Source: an uncultured Gammaproteobacteria bacterium (lineage in GTDB: Bacteria; Patescibacteriota; Patescibacteriia; SBBC01; CAIJZX01). From it: a stretch of 64,000 nucleotides of DNA. The stretch is from assembly GCA_964518425.1 (NCBI GenBank), contig CAZFGG010000003.1:9634-73633 (forward strand), read 5' to 3'. The position numbers were made by a program, and so were the translations under genes. The notes below the pieces were generated by a model, which searched no databases, was not told the origin of the DNA, and saw nothing but the letters and a program-made list of their open reading frames with translations. Below are positions 26,533 through 36,866 of this stretch, in pieces; position 1 is the stretch's first letter, and each line of letters starts with the position of its first letter.

Positions 26533-27369
26533 TCACTGCTTGTCCGTTGTGGATACTTTAAGGTTATCGAAACGCACCTTTGGTAAAGCGTTTAGGGTCG
26601 GATCAGATAAACCGATACCAATACGTTTTTTGCCATTAAAGGATTGTTGCATAGTGAACGTCCACTGCATTTCCGGTCCGGCGCTTTTTGTTTCAACCTT
26701 CTTTCCATCTCGGTCGTAAAAACTGAGAAAAACTCGCACCTCGTGCAGCCCTCCCGCCGTCGGTTTTGCCTCAATATAAATCTTCCCTTTGACAGCATGT
26801 TCAAGGGGAATGTCTTGGGAAAGATACACTCGGTCTTGAGCCCTTTCAGGTAATCCGTCCGGCCTCCAGTTACGCCAAATGTTGTCTTCGTCCATTTTCT
26901 TTAATGAAACTGCTCGTCGGTCGCCATCGCCAACATTAAGTATAAAAGTATTTTCAACAATCACAAATGTGTTCATCTGTTGCGTCTTAGGCGCGACGGA
27001 AAATTCTATTACAGAGTTCTCGGTCAGTGATTTTTTTGAAAGAAAATATCCTTCGGTACACCCTCCGGCGAGAGTCATTACATTACTATCCAGGACAATA
27101 CAATTTTTTAAATTTACCAAGTCTGACATATCATTAGGATCAGCAGCAAGAATCACCTTATAGGCCGGGCTAGTAATCGCAAAAACAATACCGAGCCCGT
27201 CCTTGATGATCGGGTATAGAGCTGTCAGCACCGCTGCTGCCAAAAAAAGTTCCCTTGACCGTTTAAGTGCCCATTTACGAAGAGCACCAAAACTCAGGGA
27301 GTTTTGGTGCTTCTTCTGGCGCTGTTTCCACTTGTATAAAGTCTTTTTAGGCTTTCCCCATAAGGACAT
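26533..27369 (-). CDS. Hypothetical type-II membrane protein (basic N-terminus, one TM, about 200-aa extracytoplasmic domain)
   Basis: ORF only; the region 26.5-27.4 kb is visibly AT-richer than its surroundings. Confidence 0.35.
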   Translation of the reverse strand: MSLWGKPKKTLYKWKQRQKKHQNSLSFGALRKWALKRSRELFLAAAVLTALYPIIKDGLGIVFAITSPAYKVILAADPNDMSDLVNLKNCIVLDSNVMTLAGGCTEGYFLSKKSLTENSVIEFSVAPKTQQMNTFVIVENTFILNVGDGDRRAVSLKKMDEDNIWRNWRPDGLPERAQDRVYLSQDIPLEHAVKGKIYIEAKPTAGGLHEVRVFLSFYDRDGKKVETKSAGPEMQWTFTMQQSFNGKKRIGIGLSDPTLNALPKVRFDNLKVSTTDKQ

Positions 27370-27440
27370 TTCTTTGCTTACCTGTCACGAGCGGTTTCAC
27401 CTAGTTCCGTTCGATTAGTGAGTAAATTATTATAAGTTCG

Positions 27441-30400
27441 TCAACTACACCCCGTCGTCGTCCCACACTCAATGCAGAGCATGCACGAGCCATTCCGTTT
27501 CATCTTCATCGAGCCACAGTTGGTACACGTATCGCCGGTAAAGCCTTGGGCTTTGGCCACGGCTGTCGTGTTGATCGGTGATGGACTCATGGCGACATTG
27601 TTGGCCGCAACATTGGCTGGTTTTTCAATGACGGCCGTACCCGGGAACTGTGCTTGGACCGGCTGATCGTCGTGGTTCGGCTTGATCTGGACGAGGTCTT
27701 CACGATTGAGGTATTCGTACCCAAGCAAGCGGAAGATGTAATCAAGAATCGAGGTCGACATCTTGATATTCGGATGGCCGATGACTGGGCCGGCTGGTTC
27801 GAAGCGGGTGAAGGTGAATGTTTCGACCAATTCTTCCAAGGGCATACCGTACTGTAAGCTCTTCGAGACGAGGATAGCGAAACAGTTGATCAACGAGCGG
27901 TAGGCCGCGCCGTCCTTATACATGTCGATGAAGACTTCGCCCAGCCGGCCGTCATTGTACTCACCGGTCCGGAGGAAAACTTTGTGTCCGCCGACCACAG
28001 CTTCTTGGGTCCAGCCGACGCGTTTCGGCGGCAACTTCTCTTTGACCGCCCGCATGGCCGCGATATTGTTGACCTGCTGCGGCGTCACTTCTGCCACGTC
28101 GTCGTCGACCGCGCCAAGGGCCGTGATCTCATCGTCATCAGAATTGGAGTTCAGGGGTTGTGATAATTTCGAACCGTCACGGTAGAGCGCCACCGCTTTG
28201 AGCATCATCTTCCACGAATCCCAGTAGACCTGCTTGACCTCTTCGATCGACGCTTCGGCCGGCATGTTGATCGTCTTGGAGATAGCGCCAGAGATGAATG
28301 GTTGAGTGGCGGCCATCATTTTGACGTGGGCATTGTAGGCGATGTAACGCTGACCCTTGGTGCCACATTTATTGGCGCAGTCAAAAATCGCGTAATGTTC
28401 TTCTTTTAGGTGCGGCGCGCCTTCGATAGTCATGGTCCCAACGACGTACTCATTGGCCAGGGTGATCTGATCTTTGGTGAAGCCAATCGTTTCAAGAATG
28501 TTTAAGGAGGGATCGTCAACTTTGACACCCAACCGATTGATGATGTCCGGGCCAAGCGTAGCCGGATTGAAGACGAAACGGATATCAAAGGCACCGTCCA
28601 GCGTCAATTCAATCTTGGCCAGGTCTTCGCCGGTCAATCCTTTGGCTTTGAGCGTTTCGTGATTGATGTGCGGGCTACCGAGCAAGGTGCCATGACCCTT
28701 ACAGTAGTTTTCGATGTCCACGATTTGCTGATCAGAGTACCCCAAGCGCTTGAGCGCTTTCGGCACAGATTGGTTGACGATTTTAAAGTATCCGCCGCCG
28801 GCAAGTTTCTTGAATTTCACAATGGCGAAATCCGGCTCAACACCAGTTGTATCGCAATCCATCAGTAGGCCGATCGTACCAGTCGGCGCGATAACCGTGA
28901 CTTGGGCGTTGCGGAAGCCGTAGTCTTTCCCCCACTGGAGAGCACGGTCCCAGGCTTCGCGAGCGGCTCGGATGAGGTACTCGGGCGCGGCTTTCGGGTC
29001 AATGCCCATGGGCGTAATGCTCAACCCTTCATATTCGCTGGCCGGGGCGTTGTAGGCCGCCCGACGGTGATTTCGAATAACCCGGAGCATGTGGTCTTTG
29101 TTCCGTTCATAGCCGGGGAAAGCGCCGAGGTGCGAAGCGATCTCGGCCGAAGCGGCGTAGGCTTCGCCGGTCATGATCGAGGTCAGTGAGCCCGCGATCG
29201 ACAAGGCTTGTGGCGAGTCGTACGGTACGCCCATCATCATCAAGACTGTCCCGAGGTTGGCGTAGCCGAGACCAAGCGTGCGGAAGATGTAGGACAAGCG
29301 GGCAATTTCTTTACCTGGAAATTGGGCCATCAGAACCGAAATTTCTAGAGTGATCGTCCAGAGCCGGCAGGCATGTTTGAATCCATCGACGTTGAAGGTG
29401 CCGGTTTCAGGGTTATAGAAATGGGCTAAATTGATTGACGATAAATTACAGGCCGTATCGTCGAGGAACATATACTCCGAACAGGGGTTCGAGCCGTTGA
29501 TCCGGCCGTCTTCCGGACAGGTGTGCCATTCGTTAATCGTCGTATCGAATTGTAACCCCGGGTCAGCGCAAGCCCAAGCGGCGTACGCGATTTCATCCCA
29601 CAGGTGCCGCGCCGGAACAGTCTTGGCGACGTCGCGTGTTGTCCGCCAGAGTAAATTCCAGGGCTGATCCCGCTCGACATTATCCATGTAGGTATTCGTG
29701 ACGCGGACCGTGTTGTTGGAGTTTTGACCGGCCACCGTCTGATAGGCCTCGTCTTCGAAGTGCGTAGAAAATGTTGGGAAGTCAATGTGATCATGGCCTT
29801 GCTCAACCAAAGCTAAACAGCGCTGGATGTAGCTGAGCGGAACGTGGCGTTGTCGGGCGTGACGGACGGCCTGGCCGAGCCGGGCGCTCTTGCGATAATC
29901 GGTGGTGTTCTCTTCGCTGGCCACGGCCATGATGACGTTGAGTTCGTGGTTGTTGATTTTGCTTCCGGCCACCAGGTCGGCGACTTTCTGTTCTTCTTCC
30001 ACTTTCCAATCAATGAACTGTTCAATATCTGGATGATCGACGTCGACCACGACCATTTTGGCCGCCCGCCGGGTCGTGCCGCCAGATTGGATGGCGCCGG
30101 CGCTGCGATCGAAGATTTTCAGGAAAGACATCAAGCCGGAACTATGACCGCCGCCGGACAATTTCTCTTCCCGGCCGCGCAGGGCCGAGAAGTTCGATCC
30201 GGTCCCGGAACCAAATTTGAACAGCCGCGCTTCACGCGTGACCAGGTCGAAAATACCGCCCTCGTTGACGAGATCATCGTTGATTTTCTGAATGAAGCAG
30301 GCGTGCGGCTGGGGGTGGGTATAGGCGTCCGTTGATTCTTTCAAAACACCGCTCTGCGGATCAATGTAGTAGTGCCCCTGAGGCGTACCAGTAATCCCGT

Positions 30401-30944
30401 AGGCCCACTGCAAGCCCGTGTTAAACCACTGCGGCGAGTTCGGCGCGCCCATTTGGCGGATCAGGGTGTGTTCCATTTCGTCCTGGTACGCTTGAGCGTC
30501 ATCGGTCGAAAAGAAATAGCCGTGTTGCTCACCCCACCAGCGCCAGGTTCCCGCTAACCGTCGGACGACTTGTTGAGCGCTTCGTTCCGGCCCAAGAATC
30601 TGGCGACCGTCGGTCCCAAGAATTGGTGAGCCGTCAACATGGACCTGGGGTACACCAGCCTTGCGGAAGTATTTCTGGGCGATAATGTCCGTCGCGACCT
30701 GGCTCCAGGTGACTGGTACCTCGACATCCTTAATCTCCTTGACGACCGTTCCATCAGGATTCTTAATGATGGAACTGCGTTTTTCATATTGCAATTGCTC
30801 GAGCGGATCCTGCCCGGCCATGGTGAACTGCCGTTGGATCTTCATCCCCGGTCCACGTTTCTTCGGTACAGCCGCAACTGGTTGATCAACCGACGCTGCT
30901 TGCGTGCGCAAGCGATCAGGAGAAGAGGTGGTGGTCGCGGGCAT
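27441..30944 (-). CDS. nrdJ: Adenosylcobalamin-dependent class II ribonucleotide reductase, long form with C-terminal Zn-ribbon
   Basis: [25 protein letters not shown]-terminus typical of NrdJ (so the true start may be M34 at 30845); NPCSEY active-site region; C-terminal [22 protein letters not shown]. Confidence 0.85.
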   Translation of the reverse strand: MPATTTSSPDRLRTQAASVDQPVAAVPKKRGPGMKIQRQFTMAGQDPLEQLQYEKRSSIIKNPDGTVVKEIKDVEVPVTWSQVATDIIAQKYFRKAGVPQVHVDGSPILGTDGRQILGPERSAQQVVRRLAGTWRWWGEQHGYFFSTDDAQAYQDEMEHTLIRQMGAPNSPQWFNTGLQWAYGITGTPQGHYYIDPQSGVLKESTDAYTHPQPHACFIQKINDDLVNEGGIFDLVTREARLFKFGSGTGSNFSALRGREEKLSGGGHSSGLMSFLKIFDRSAGAIQSGGTTRRAAKMVVVDVDHPDIEQFIDWKVEEEQKVADLVAGSKINNHELNVIMAVASEENTTDYRKSARLGQAVRHARQRHVPLSYIQRCLALVEQGHDHIDFPTFSTHFEDEAYQTVAGQNSNNTVRVTNTYMDNVERDQPWNLLWRTTRDVAKTVPARHLWDEIAYAAWACADPGLQFDTTINEWHTCPEDGRINGSNPCSEYMFLDDTACNLSSINLAHFYNPETGTFNVDGFKHACRLWTITLEISVLMAQFPGKEIARLSYIFRTLGLGYANLGTVLMMMGVPYDSPQALSIAGSLTSIMTGEAYAASAEIASHLGAFPGYERNKDHMLRVIRNHRRAAYNAPASEYEGLSITPMGIDPKAAPEYLIRAAREAWDRALQWGKDYGFRNAQVTVIAPTGTIGLLMDCDTTGVEPDFAIVKFKKLAGGGYFKIVNQSVPKALKRLGYSDQQIVDIENYCKGHGTLLGSPHINHETLKAKGLTGEDLAKIELTLDGAFDIRFVFNPATLGPDIINRLGVKVDDPSLNILETIGFTKDQITLANEYVVGTMTIEGAPHLKEEHYAIFDCANKCGTKGQRYIAYNAHVKMMAATQPFISGAISKTINMPAEASIEEVKQVYWDSWKMMLKAVALYRDGSKLSQPLNSNSDDDEITALGAVDDDVAEVTPQQVNNIAAMRAVKEKLPPKRVGWTQEAVVGGHKVFLRTGEYNDGRLGEVFIDMYKDGAAYRSLINCFAILVSKSLQYGMPLEELVETFTFTRFEPAGPVIGHPNIKMSTSILDYIFRLLGYEYLNREDLVQIKPNHDDQPVQAQFPGTAVIEKPANVAANNVAMSPSPINTTAVAKAQGFTGDTCTNCGSMKMKRNGSCMLCIECGTTTGCS

Positions 30945-30984
30945 GGAACCGAGTAGTTAGATGAATAAAAGTAAATGTCGTTAT

Positions 30985-31458
30985 TTATTTGGTTGAACCT
31001 TTTCGCTTTTTTTTGGTCAGCCGGTTCAACTCATCTTTGAACGATTCAACATCTTGGAATTGGCGATAGACTGAGGCGAAACGAATGTAGGCTACCTGAT
31101 CGACCCGTTGGAGACGCTTCATGACAATCTCGCCAATCTGCTGGGAGGTAATCTCGGTCCGACCGCGGAGCTGAATGTCGCGTTCAATTTGCCCCACCAG
31201 CTTTTTGAAGGTTTGCCCAGTGATGGATCGTTTCTCCGTCGCTCGACGAAGCCCAGCTTCCATCTTCTCGCGGCTGTAGGGTTCCCGTCGGCCATCTCGT
31301 TTCATGACCGTCAGGTTCAGAATTTCGACTTCTTCGATCGTCGAAAAACGATAACCGCAGCGATCACACTCTCGGCGGCGGCGGATGGCCAGACCCTCAT
31401 CGGTCACCCGGGAGTCCATGACGCTGGTATCAGGATTGTGGCAAGAAGGGCACTTCAT
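30985..31458 (-). CDS. nrdR: Transcriptional repressor NrdR (Zn-ribbon + ATP-cone)
   Basis: MKCPSCHNPDTSVMDSRVTDEG...CDRCGYRFST Zn ribbon; ATP-cone (VMKRDGRREPYSREKM). Confidence 0.9.
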   Translation of the reverse strand: MKCPSCHNPDTSVMDSRVTDEGLAIRRRRECDRCGYRFSTIEEVEILNLTVMKRDGRREPYSREKMEAGLRRATEKRSITGQTFKKLVGQIERDIQLRGRTEITSQQIGEIVMKRLQRVDQVAYIRFASVYRQFQDVESFKDELNRLTKKKRKGSTK

Positions 31459-31594
31459 CGTCGCAAAGCAGGATGGTGGAGGTGGCCATGAAGAAACCCC
31501 AGCCCGCTGGTCAGGACCTCGGGTCTGGATGGACGGCCAAATTGTTCAATGTTCTTGGAGTTTGTCTTCGCCGCCGTGGTTGGGGCGGGTCAAT

Positions 31595-31649
31595 CACTAC
31601 ATCTAGTACTGTTATGGGGTAGTATACTACTACATCTAGGGTTGGTCAA
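31595..31649 (-). promoter_or_regulatory. nrdR-nrdJ promoter (TTGACC-N17-TATACT) with two NrdR boxes
   Basis: Minus strand: -35 TTGACC (31649-31644), 17-nt spacer, -10 TATACT (31626-31621). Box 1 (plus 31627-31642, ACTACATCTAGGGT) lies in the spacer. Box 2 (plus 31595-31610, CACTACATCTAGTACT) lies over the predicted TSS. Centres 32 bp apart; both match the aCACtATATaTAGTGt consensus at 11-12 of 16 positions. Confidence 0.6.
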
Positions 31650-31749
31650 GAATGGCTATTTCCGATGATTTCTTAAGAAAATGACTTGTTTCACGTTTGC
31701 CGAACTTCCTTTTCCGACACATGTCTCCCCTAGCGCTGTGGACAAGTGC

Positions 31750-33318
31750 TTATTGCCCGAGCAATCCGTCCGGCCATGACGGTAAGGGTCGGTCCTCTTG
31801 CCCAAGACGTTGGTAAAGATAGACTCGGTCGTCATGATAGACTTGCCGATAGGCTGGAGATCCATCGAGCCATGGAATCAGGCGATCAAGCATAACTTTT
31901 TCAGCCAGACGCTTATCATTCGTCATTAGTTGGGGGTCGAATTTTCTGGCCAGGATAACGATGTAGTCGACGGAGGTAATACCATTCGGTAATAACTGTA
32001 CCACTGGCCGCTCAGCGAGAAGCGGGCCGAGATTTTGCGTGAGCGCGACCGATGATCGACCAGGAATCATGGCCAGGGCCCGCTGCACCTGGGGAGTCAG
32101 GTGTTCACGCCAGCGGACAATGGGCCAGCGATTTTGCTCGCTCGTCGCCGTCAAGGGGCTGAACGCATAGGTCGACAACACGCTTCCCCCGAGGATGAGT
32201 ATGCTCAGTCCAACATCGACGAATCGGCGTAGCGGCGCCCAGTGCCGTAGCCAGGCCCATCCAAAGCACGTACTCAAGAACAGGAATGGAATAAATAGCG
32301 CGTGATAATGGAGAACGACAGTCTGCATGTTCGGGCTATCGGATAGCCAGTACAGCAGAACTTCTGGGGTAGCCAAGAAAACGATGGGGCTCAGTAATGG
32401 CCCAATGATTCCCAGAGGTAACGCCAGCTGCACCGCTGAGTGGAGATGGATTGAAGTAAAAAGCTTGTGGGCGACGGTAGACGGATGAAGCAGATGACTC
32501 AGGATTCCTGCCAGCCCGTCATCGTGTTCACTAAAAAACTTGTAGGCGAAGCTAGCCGGTAACGCCGGACGAGAGAGTGGGATAATGATCGCTATTTGGA
32601 GGACAGCCCAAGCCCAAGGAATCGCTAAGGCCCATCCAGCTAAACGGCGGCGATGTTGCCACCAGGCCACGGCCCCAGCCAGGAGACCTAGTGTTATTCC
32701 AGCTTGTTCTTTAGTCAGGAGCGCTAAACTAAGCCACATCCAAAACAGGCGATCTCGACGATCAAGGAGTGCGTCCATCGCCGCCAAGAAAAAAGTAACG
32801 GCCAGGGTCACAGCATGAAATTCAAACATGGTGGCAAACTGCAGCGGGGAATAGAACAAGTAGACCAGTGCCAGTATCCAAGCTGGCCACGGTCCGAGGA
32901 GGCGCCGGGCTAAGCGATACAGAAACCAAGCGCCGACGGCAACGACTGTCGCTTGGACAATCAGCAAGAGTTCCGCCGTGTGACCAAACCAACTCAGCGG
33001 CGCCAAGAGGGCCAACACATAGTCAGCGTGAATGCTAGTTCGCGGGGCTGTCCAGCCATGAACCCCGCCCGGACCGAGTTCCGGATTCGTAAAGGTAAAA
33101 CCGAAACCATGTCCGACCCGCCAAACCGTCTGCGTCATGATGCCGAGATCGTACCAGCCGGCATTGAAATTATGAGCGCGGGCAATAGAAAACCAACTGA
33201 AGAAAACCGCGTACACTCCAATCGCCACCCAGAGTAGGCGCTGCATCCAGCGTTCTAGGATCGATCGCGTAAAAGGAGGCGTGTGCTTCATGGATGATAC
33301 GCAGCGACCCCGCCTCAA
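31750..33318 (-). CDS. DUF2079-like polytopic membrane protein (possible GT-C-like glycosyltransferase)
   Basis: 522 aa, more than 10 TM helices with a C-terminal soluble domain; the real start is probably MKHTPPF (aa 10). Confidence 0.45.
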   Translation of the reverse strand: MRRGRCVSSMKHTPPFTRSILERWMQRLLWVAIGVYAVFFSWFSIARAHNFNAGWYDLGIMTQTVWRVGHGFGFTFTNPELGPGGVHGWTAPRTSIHADYVLALLAPLSWFGHTAELLLIVQATVVAVGAWFLYRLARRLLGPWPAWILALVYLFYSPLQFATMFEFHAVTLAVTFFLAAMDALLDRRDRLFWMWLSLALLTKEQAGITLGLLAGAVAWWQHRRRLAGWALAIPWAWAVLQIAIIIPLSRPALPASFAYKFFSEHDDGLAGILSHLLHPSTVAHKLFTSIHLHSAVQLALPLGIIGPLLSPIVFLATPEVLLYWLSDSPNMQTVVLHYHALFIPFLFLSTCFGWAWLRHWAPLRRFVDVGLSILILGGSVLSTYAFSPLTATSEQNRWPIVRWREHLTPQVQRALAMIPGRSSVALTQNLGPLLAERPVVQLLPNGITSVDYIVILARKFDPQLMTNDKRLAEKVMLDRLIPWLDGSPAYRQVYHDDRVYLYQRLGQEDRPLPSWPDGLLGQ

Positions 33319-33345
33319 GCGGGGTCGAAAACAAGCATCAAAAAA

Positions 33346-34509
33346 TTAAAGCATTTTCTTCCGGATGAAGGCCGGAATTTCTAAATCGTCTTCGGGCGCC
33401 TTGGGCACGACTGGCGACGACACTGGCTTCATGGGCATGGCTGTCGGTGTCGCTCTCGGCCGCTCGGGCACGCTCGGCATCTCCATGGCTGGAGACATAT
33501 TCGTCGCGGCCGCCACAACTTTTCTGGCTGATCGACCGCCGCCCTTTCCGAACCCTGTGGCAATAACCGTGATTTTCAGTTCGTCTTTCAGTGATTCGTC
33601 GATGACGGCGCCAAAGATAATCTTGGCATTGGCGTCGGCCGATTGGGTGATGACCCGCGCCGCTTCATTGACCTCGTACATACTCATATTCTGTCCGCCG
33701 GTAACGGTAAAGAGAATACCTTTCGCTCCATCAATCGGCATTTCTAACAACGGAGAATCAATGGCCGCTTTGGCCGCATCAACCGAACGATTGTCACCCG
33801 TCGCTCGACCAATACCCATCAACGCCGTGCCTTGTTCTTTCATGATCGCTTTGACGTCAGCAAAGTCGACGTTGATTAATCCTGGGACAGTAATGAGTTC
33901 GGCGATACCTTGGATACCTTGGCGAAGGACGTCGTCGACGACCTGGAACGATTCGAGAAGCGACGTTTTCTTGTCGATGATCTGGAGCAGACGGTCATTC
34001 GGGATGGTGATGATGGTATCAACATTTTCCGCTAAGGCTGAATATCCGACGTCGGCGATCTGACGGCGCTGGGCGCCTTCGAAGGAAAAAGGCTTGGTCA
34101 CCACGGCCACGGTCAGCGCTCCAGCATCGCGGGCAATTTCCGCCACGAGCGGCGCCGCGCCGGTTCCCGTCCCGCCGCCTAACCCGCAGGTAATAAAAAC
34201 CATGTCGCTCCCCTTGAGGATTTCATGGAGTTCTTCCTGGTCTTCTTCAGCGGCTTTGCGTCCGACTTCCGGATCCATTCCCGCTCCGAGTCCTCGGGTT
34301 ACCGTTTTGCCAATGTGGACTTTCGTGGGAGCGGCATTGTGATGCAAGGCTTGGGCGTCGGTATTGACAGCCACAAATTCAATCCCCCGGATTTTATGTT
34401 GCATCATCCGATTGAGGGCTGAGCCTCCTGATCCGCCGACGCCAACGACCTTGATCTTGGCGAAGGTTTCGATATCGGGTTTCACTTCCATAGTCGGGCG
34501 AGGGGTCAT
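33346..34509 (-). CDS. ftsZ: Cell division GTPase FtsZ
   Basis: GGGTGTGAAP tubulin signature; 387 aa. Confidence 0.95.
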   Translation of the reverse strand: MTPRPTMEVKPDIETFAKIKVVGVGGSGGSALNRMMQHKIRGIEFVAVNTDAQALHHNAAPTKVHIGKTVTRGLGAGMDPEVGRKAAEEDQEELHEILKGSDMVFITCGLGGGTGTGAAPLVAEIARDAGALTVAVVTKPFSFEGAQRRQIADVGYSALAENVDTIITIPNDRLLQIIDKKTSLLESFQVVDDVLRQGIQGIAELITVPGLINVDFADVKAIMKEQGTALMGIGRATGDNRSVDAAKAAIDSPLLEMPIDGAKGILFTVTGGQNMSMYEVNEAARVITQSADANAKIIFGAVIDESLKDELKITVIATGFGKGGGRSARKVVAAATNMSPAMEMPSVPERPRATPTAMPMKPVSSPVVPKAPEDDLEIPAFIRKKML

Positions 34510-34717
34510 GATGGAATTAGTCTACCAAAGTCATCAGGGTTGAGCAACTGGTCCCGGGCCAACTGAACACCAGAAGTGTTCAAGCCCTTACCGAACGGCT
34601 AGCCACCACACAAACATGAACGCCATGACAGCCAGCAACGAAATAACGGCCGGGGTCAGGGTATCGGTTTTTTTGACTGACGGTTTGTTTGCCATAGGCA
34701 CAATGAGTGAATAAAGA

Positions 34718-35965
34718 TTATGGAAGGAAGCCTTTAAACCACTTACGCATCGTATCGACCGTATCGGTCACGGCCGTCAATCGACCAGGTAGGGCGCGAA
34801 GTAATCCGCCTGAACCGCCACTGTTCCCCGCCGCCCAGCTCGCTAACCCGAGAGCCGTGGTGAATGCTGGGTCATTGATTTTGTCGATAGCGCTGCTATA
34901 TCCTTCTGGGAAGCCGATACTCGCCGGCAATCGGAATTCTCGTTTGGCCACGTCGACCATGCCGGGTAATTTTGCTCCGCCCCCAGTCAAGATAACGCCG
35001 GCCGGTAAAAGCCCAGCGCGGTCAATGTGTTGTAGCTCTCGCTCGGCTAACGACAAGATTTCTTCAACCCGGGCGGCGATAATATCAGCTACCTGTTTTC
35101 GTGAGACCGTTGTGTTCTCGCCTCCGAGCTCGGACAGATTGATATCATCGTGTTTGCCGACTTCGGTTGGAAGCGCCGTGCCGAATTCTGTTTTCACTTT
35201 TTCCGCTAGATCAATCCCAATCCGTAGGCCTATGGCCACGTCATTCGTCACGTGACTCGCGCCAACCGGGAAGATCTTCGTATGAAGAACATCCCCTTCT
35301 TCGAAAACGAGAAGGCTCGTGGTATTCGCGCCGATGTTGACCAAGGCAACGCCCAAGTCCTTTTGGCGCTTCGTCACGCAAGCTAGTGATGAGGCTAGTG
35401 CCGCCAGGACCAGATCATCAATACTGACACCGGTGCGGTAGATGGCTTTTTGAAGATTCTTAATATTCGAGGTCAAGCCTTGGATAATCTGGGCGTCCAC
35501 TTCTAACCGCATACCGGACATACCAATAGGGTCCTTGACCCCGTGCTGATTGTCAACCGTGAACGACCGCGGGATGACGTGGAGAATTTCGTAGTTCGGC
35601 GGCGTGGCAACGGCCTGGGCGGCTTCGAGAACGCGATCAACGTCATTGGGTTTTATTTCTCCATCAGCCTTGGCGACGGCGACAATACCGTGGCTCTCTT
35701 GGGAGGTAATCTGAGGACCATTAATCGCCACGGTCGCGTGCTCAACCGGGACCCCAGTCATCCGTTCGACTTTTTCTAAGGTCGACGACAATGACGACAC
35801 CGCATCATCAATACTCGTGATGGTGCCCTTGGTGATTCCTTCCGCTGGCCCTTCCGCCGCCCCAAGAATATGCAGTCCTTCCTGGTTGGGATGACGTTGG
35901 GCTACGATGACCCGGATAGCAGATGAACCAACATCTAATCCGGTAAACAGTTCGGTTTTCGCCAT
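34718..35965 (-). CDS. ftsA: Cell division protein FtsA
   Basis: Actin-like ATPase; GLDVGSSAIRV phosphate-1 motif; 415 aa; directly upstream of ftsZ. Confidence 0.9.
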   Translation of the reverse strand: MAKTELFTGLDVGSSAIRVIVAQRHPNQEGLHILGAAEGPAEGITKGTITSIDDAVSSLSSTLEKVERMTGVPVEHATVAINGPQITSQESHGIVAVAKADGEIKPNDVDRVLEAAQAVATPPNYEILHVIPRSFTVDNQHGVKDPIGMSGMRLEVDAQIIQGLTSNIKNLQKAIYRTGVSIDDLVLAALASSLACVTKRQKDLGVALVNIGANTTSLLVFEEGDVLHTKIFPVGASHVTNDVAIGLRIGIDLAEKVKTEFGTALPTEVGKHDDINLSELGGENTTVSRKQVADIIAARVEEILSLAERELQHIDRAGLLPAGVILTGGGAKLPGMVDVAKREFRLPASIGFPEGYSSAIDKINDPAFTTALGLASWAAGNSGGSGGLLRALPGRLTAVTDTVDTMRKWFKGFLP

Positions 35966-36069
35966 AAGCTAGACTGACCGATAAGGCATAGTGTCAATAG
36001 TATACATAAAAAATGACAAAAAGACGAGGCTGTGGATAACATGGACTGAACACTTTTTGTGTTCAGTGA

Positions 36070-36429
36070 TTAGAGGTGAGGCCAAAAAATGAGTAGGCCA
36101 ATAATAATTGCCGCCATCGTTGTGATGAGTACGGCTGCGGCCATGAAGTCCTTAATCACTCGGACATAGGGGTGAACCCGCGGTTCCAAGAGACCAGTGA
36201 ATCGTTCAACAATCGTGTTGACGAGCTCTAGATTGAGGATGGTACTGATGACCAGGATAAGGATGATTGCCTCAAGTCGACTGACGCCGAAGAACAGCAT
36301 GGCTAGCACGACCACCCCGGCCGCCACTAGATGAATGCGAAAACTGTTTTCCGTCGCGATCGCTTGGCGCAATCCCTGGCGAGCATAGCCGAAGCTGCGG
36401 CGAAAGCGGGACCAGCTAATCGTTGTCAT
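36070..36429 (-). CDS. dgkA: Prokaryotic diacylglycerol/undecaprenol kinase
   Basis: 119 aa, 3 TM; FRIHL and ELVNTIVE motifs of the DAGK_prokar family. Confidence 0.8.
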   Translation of the reverse strand: MTTISWSRFRRSFGYARQGLRQAIATENSFRIHLVAAGVVVLAMLFFGVSRLEAIILILVISTILNLELVNTIVERFTGLLEPRVHPYVRVIKDFMAAAVLITTMAAIIIGLLIFWPHL

Positions 36430-36866
36430 GGGTGGAGGAGGTGTTCGTACCGTTGCCAGCGACGTTGCTCGGCAGGCGTCTGATGATCCAGGTTCAGCAA
36501 GTGAATGAGGCCATGCTCCAGGAGAAAACGTAGGTGCTGGCGATACGATCGATTGTGCAGCCGAGCTTCCGACCGAATAACGGCCGGACAGAGAATAATT
36601 TCACCCCACAACGCTTGGCTGCCTTCAGCGATCGGAAGTCGCGGATAGTGAAAGGATAAGACGTTGGTCGGTTTATCCTTTCGTCGGTAGGTCCGATTCA
36701 GCTGGCGACTTCTGGCCGGCCCAACAATGCTGATCGACAGCGCTCCCGCATGTGCCGGTAAACGTCGTCGAGCCGTGGCCGCCCAGGATGTTAGCGTCCG
36801 ATCGCTGACCCCGCTGACGGCTAGTTGACGAACATCAATGCGCCCGGCAGGTTTAGCTAGCGACAA
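36426..36866 (-). CDS. ybeY: rRNA maturation endoribonuclease YbeY
   Basis: LLEHGLIHLLNLDH = HGxLHLxGxDH zinc-binding motif. Confidence 0.85.
   Translation of the reverse strand: MSLAKPAGRIDVRQLAVSGVSDRTLTSWAATARRRLPAHAGALSISIVGPARSRQLNRTYRRKDKPTNVLSFHYPRLPIAEGSQALWGEIILCPAVIRSEARLHNRSYRQHLRFLLEHGLIHLLNLDHQTPAEQRRWQRYEHLLHP

Noticed and set aside
26048-26719. 223-aa plus-strand ORF spanning the cobO/DUF4870 region
   Set aside because: It is antisense to two recognisable minus-strand genes (cobO, DUF4870) and has no recognisable domains.
30945-30984. Possible NrdR box in the 40-nt nrdR-nrdJ spacer (CATCTAACTACT)
   Set aside because: Only a partial, non-palindromic resemblance to the repeated box upstream of nrdR. 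Too short a spacer for an independent promoter, so co-transcription is more likely.
33365-34063. 232-aa plus-strand ORF antisense to ftsZ
   Set aside because: It is contained entirely within the highly conserved ftsZ gene on the opposite strand, with no independent support.
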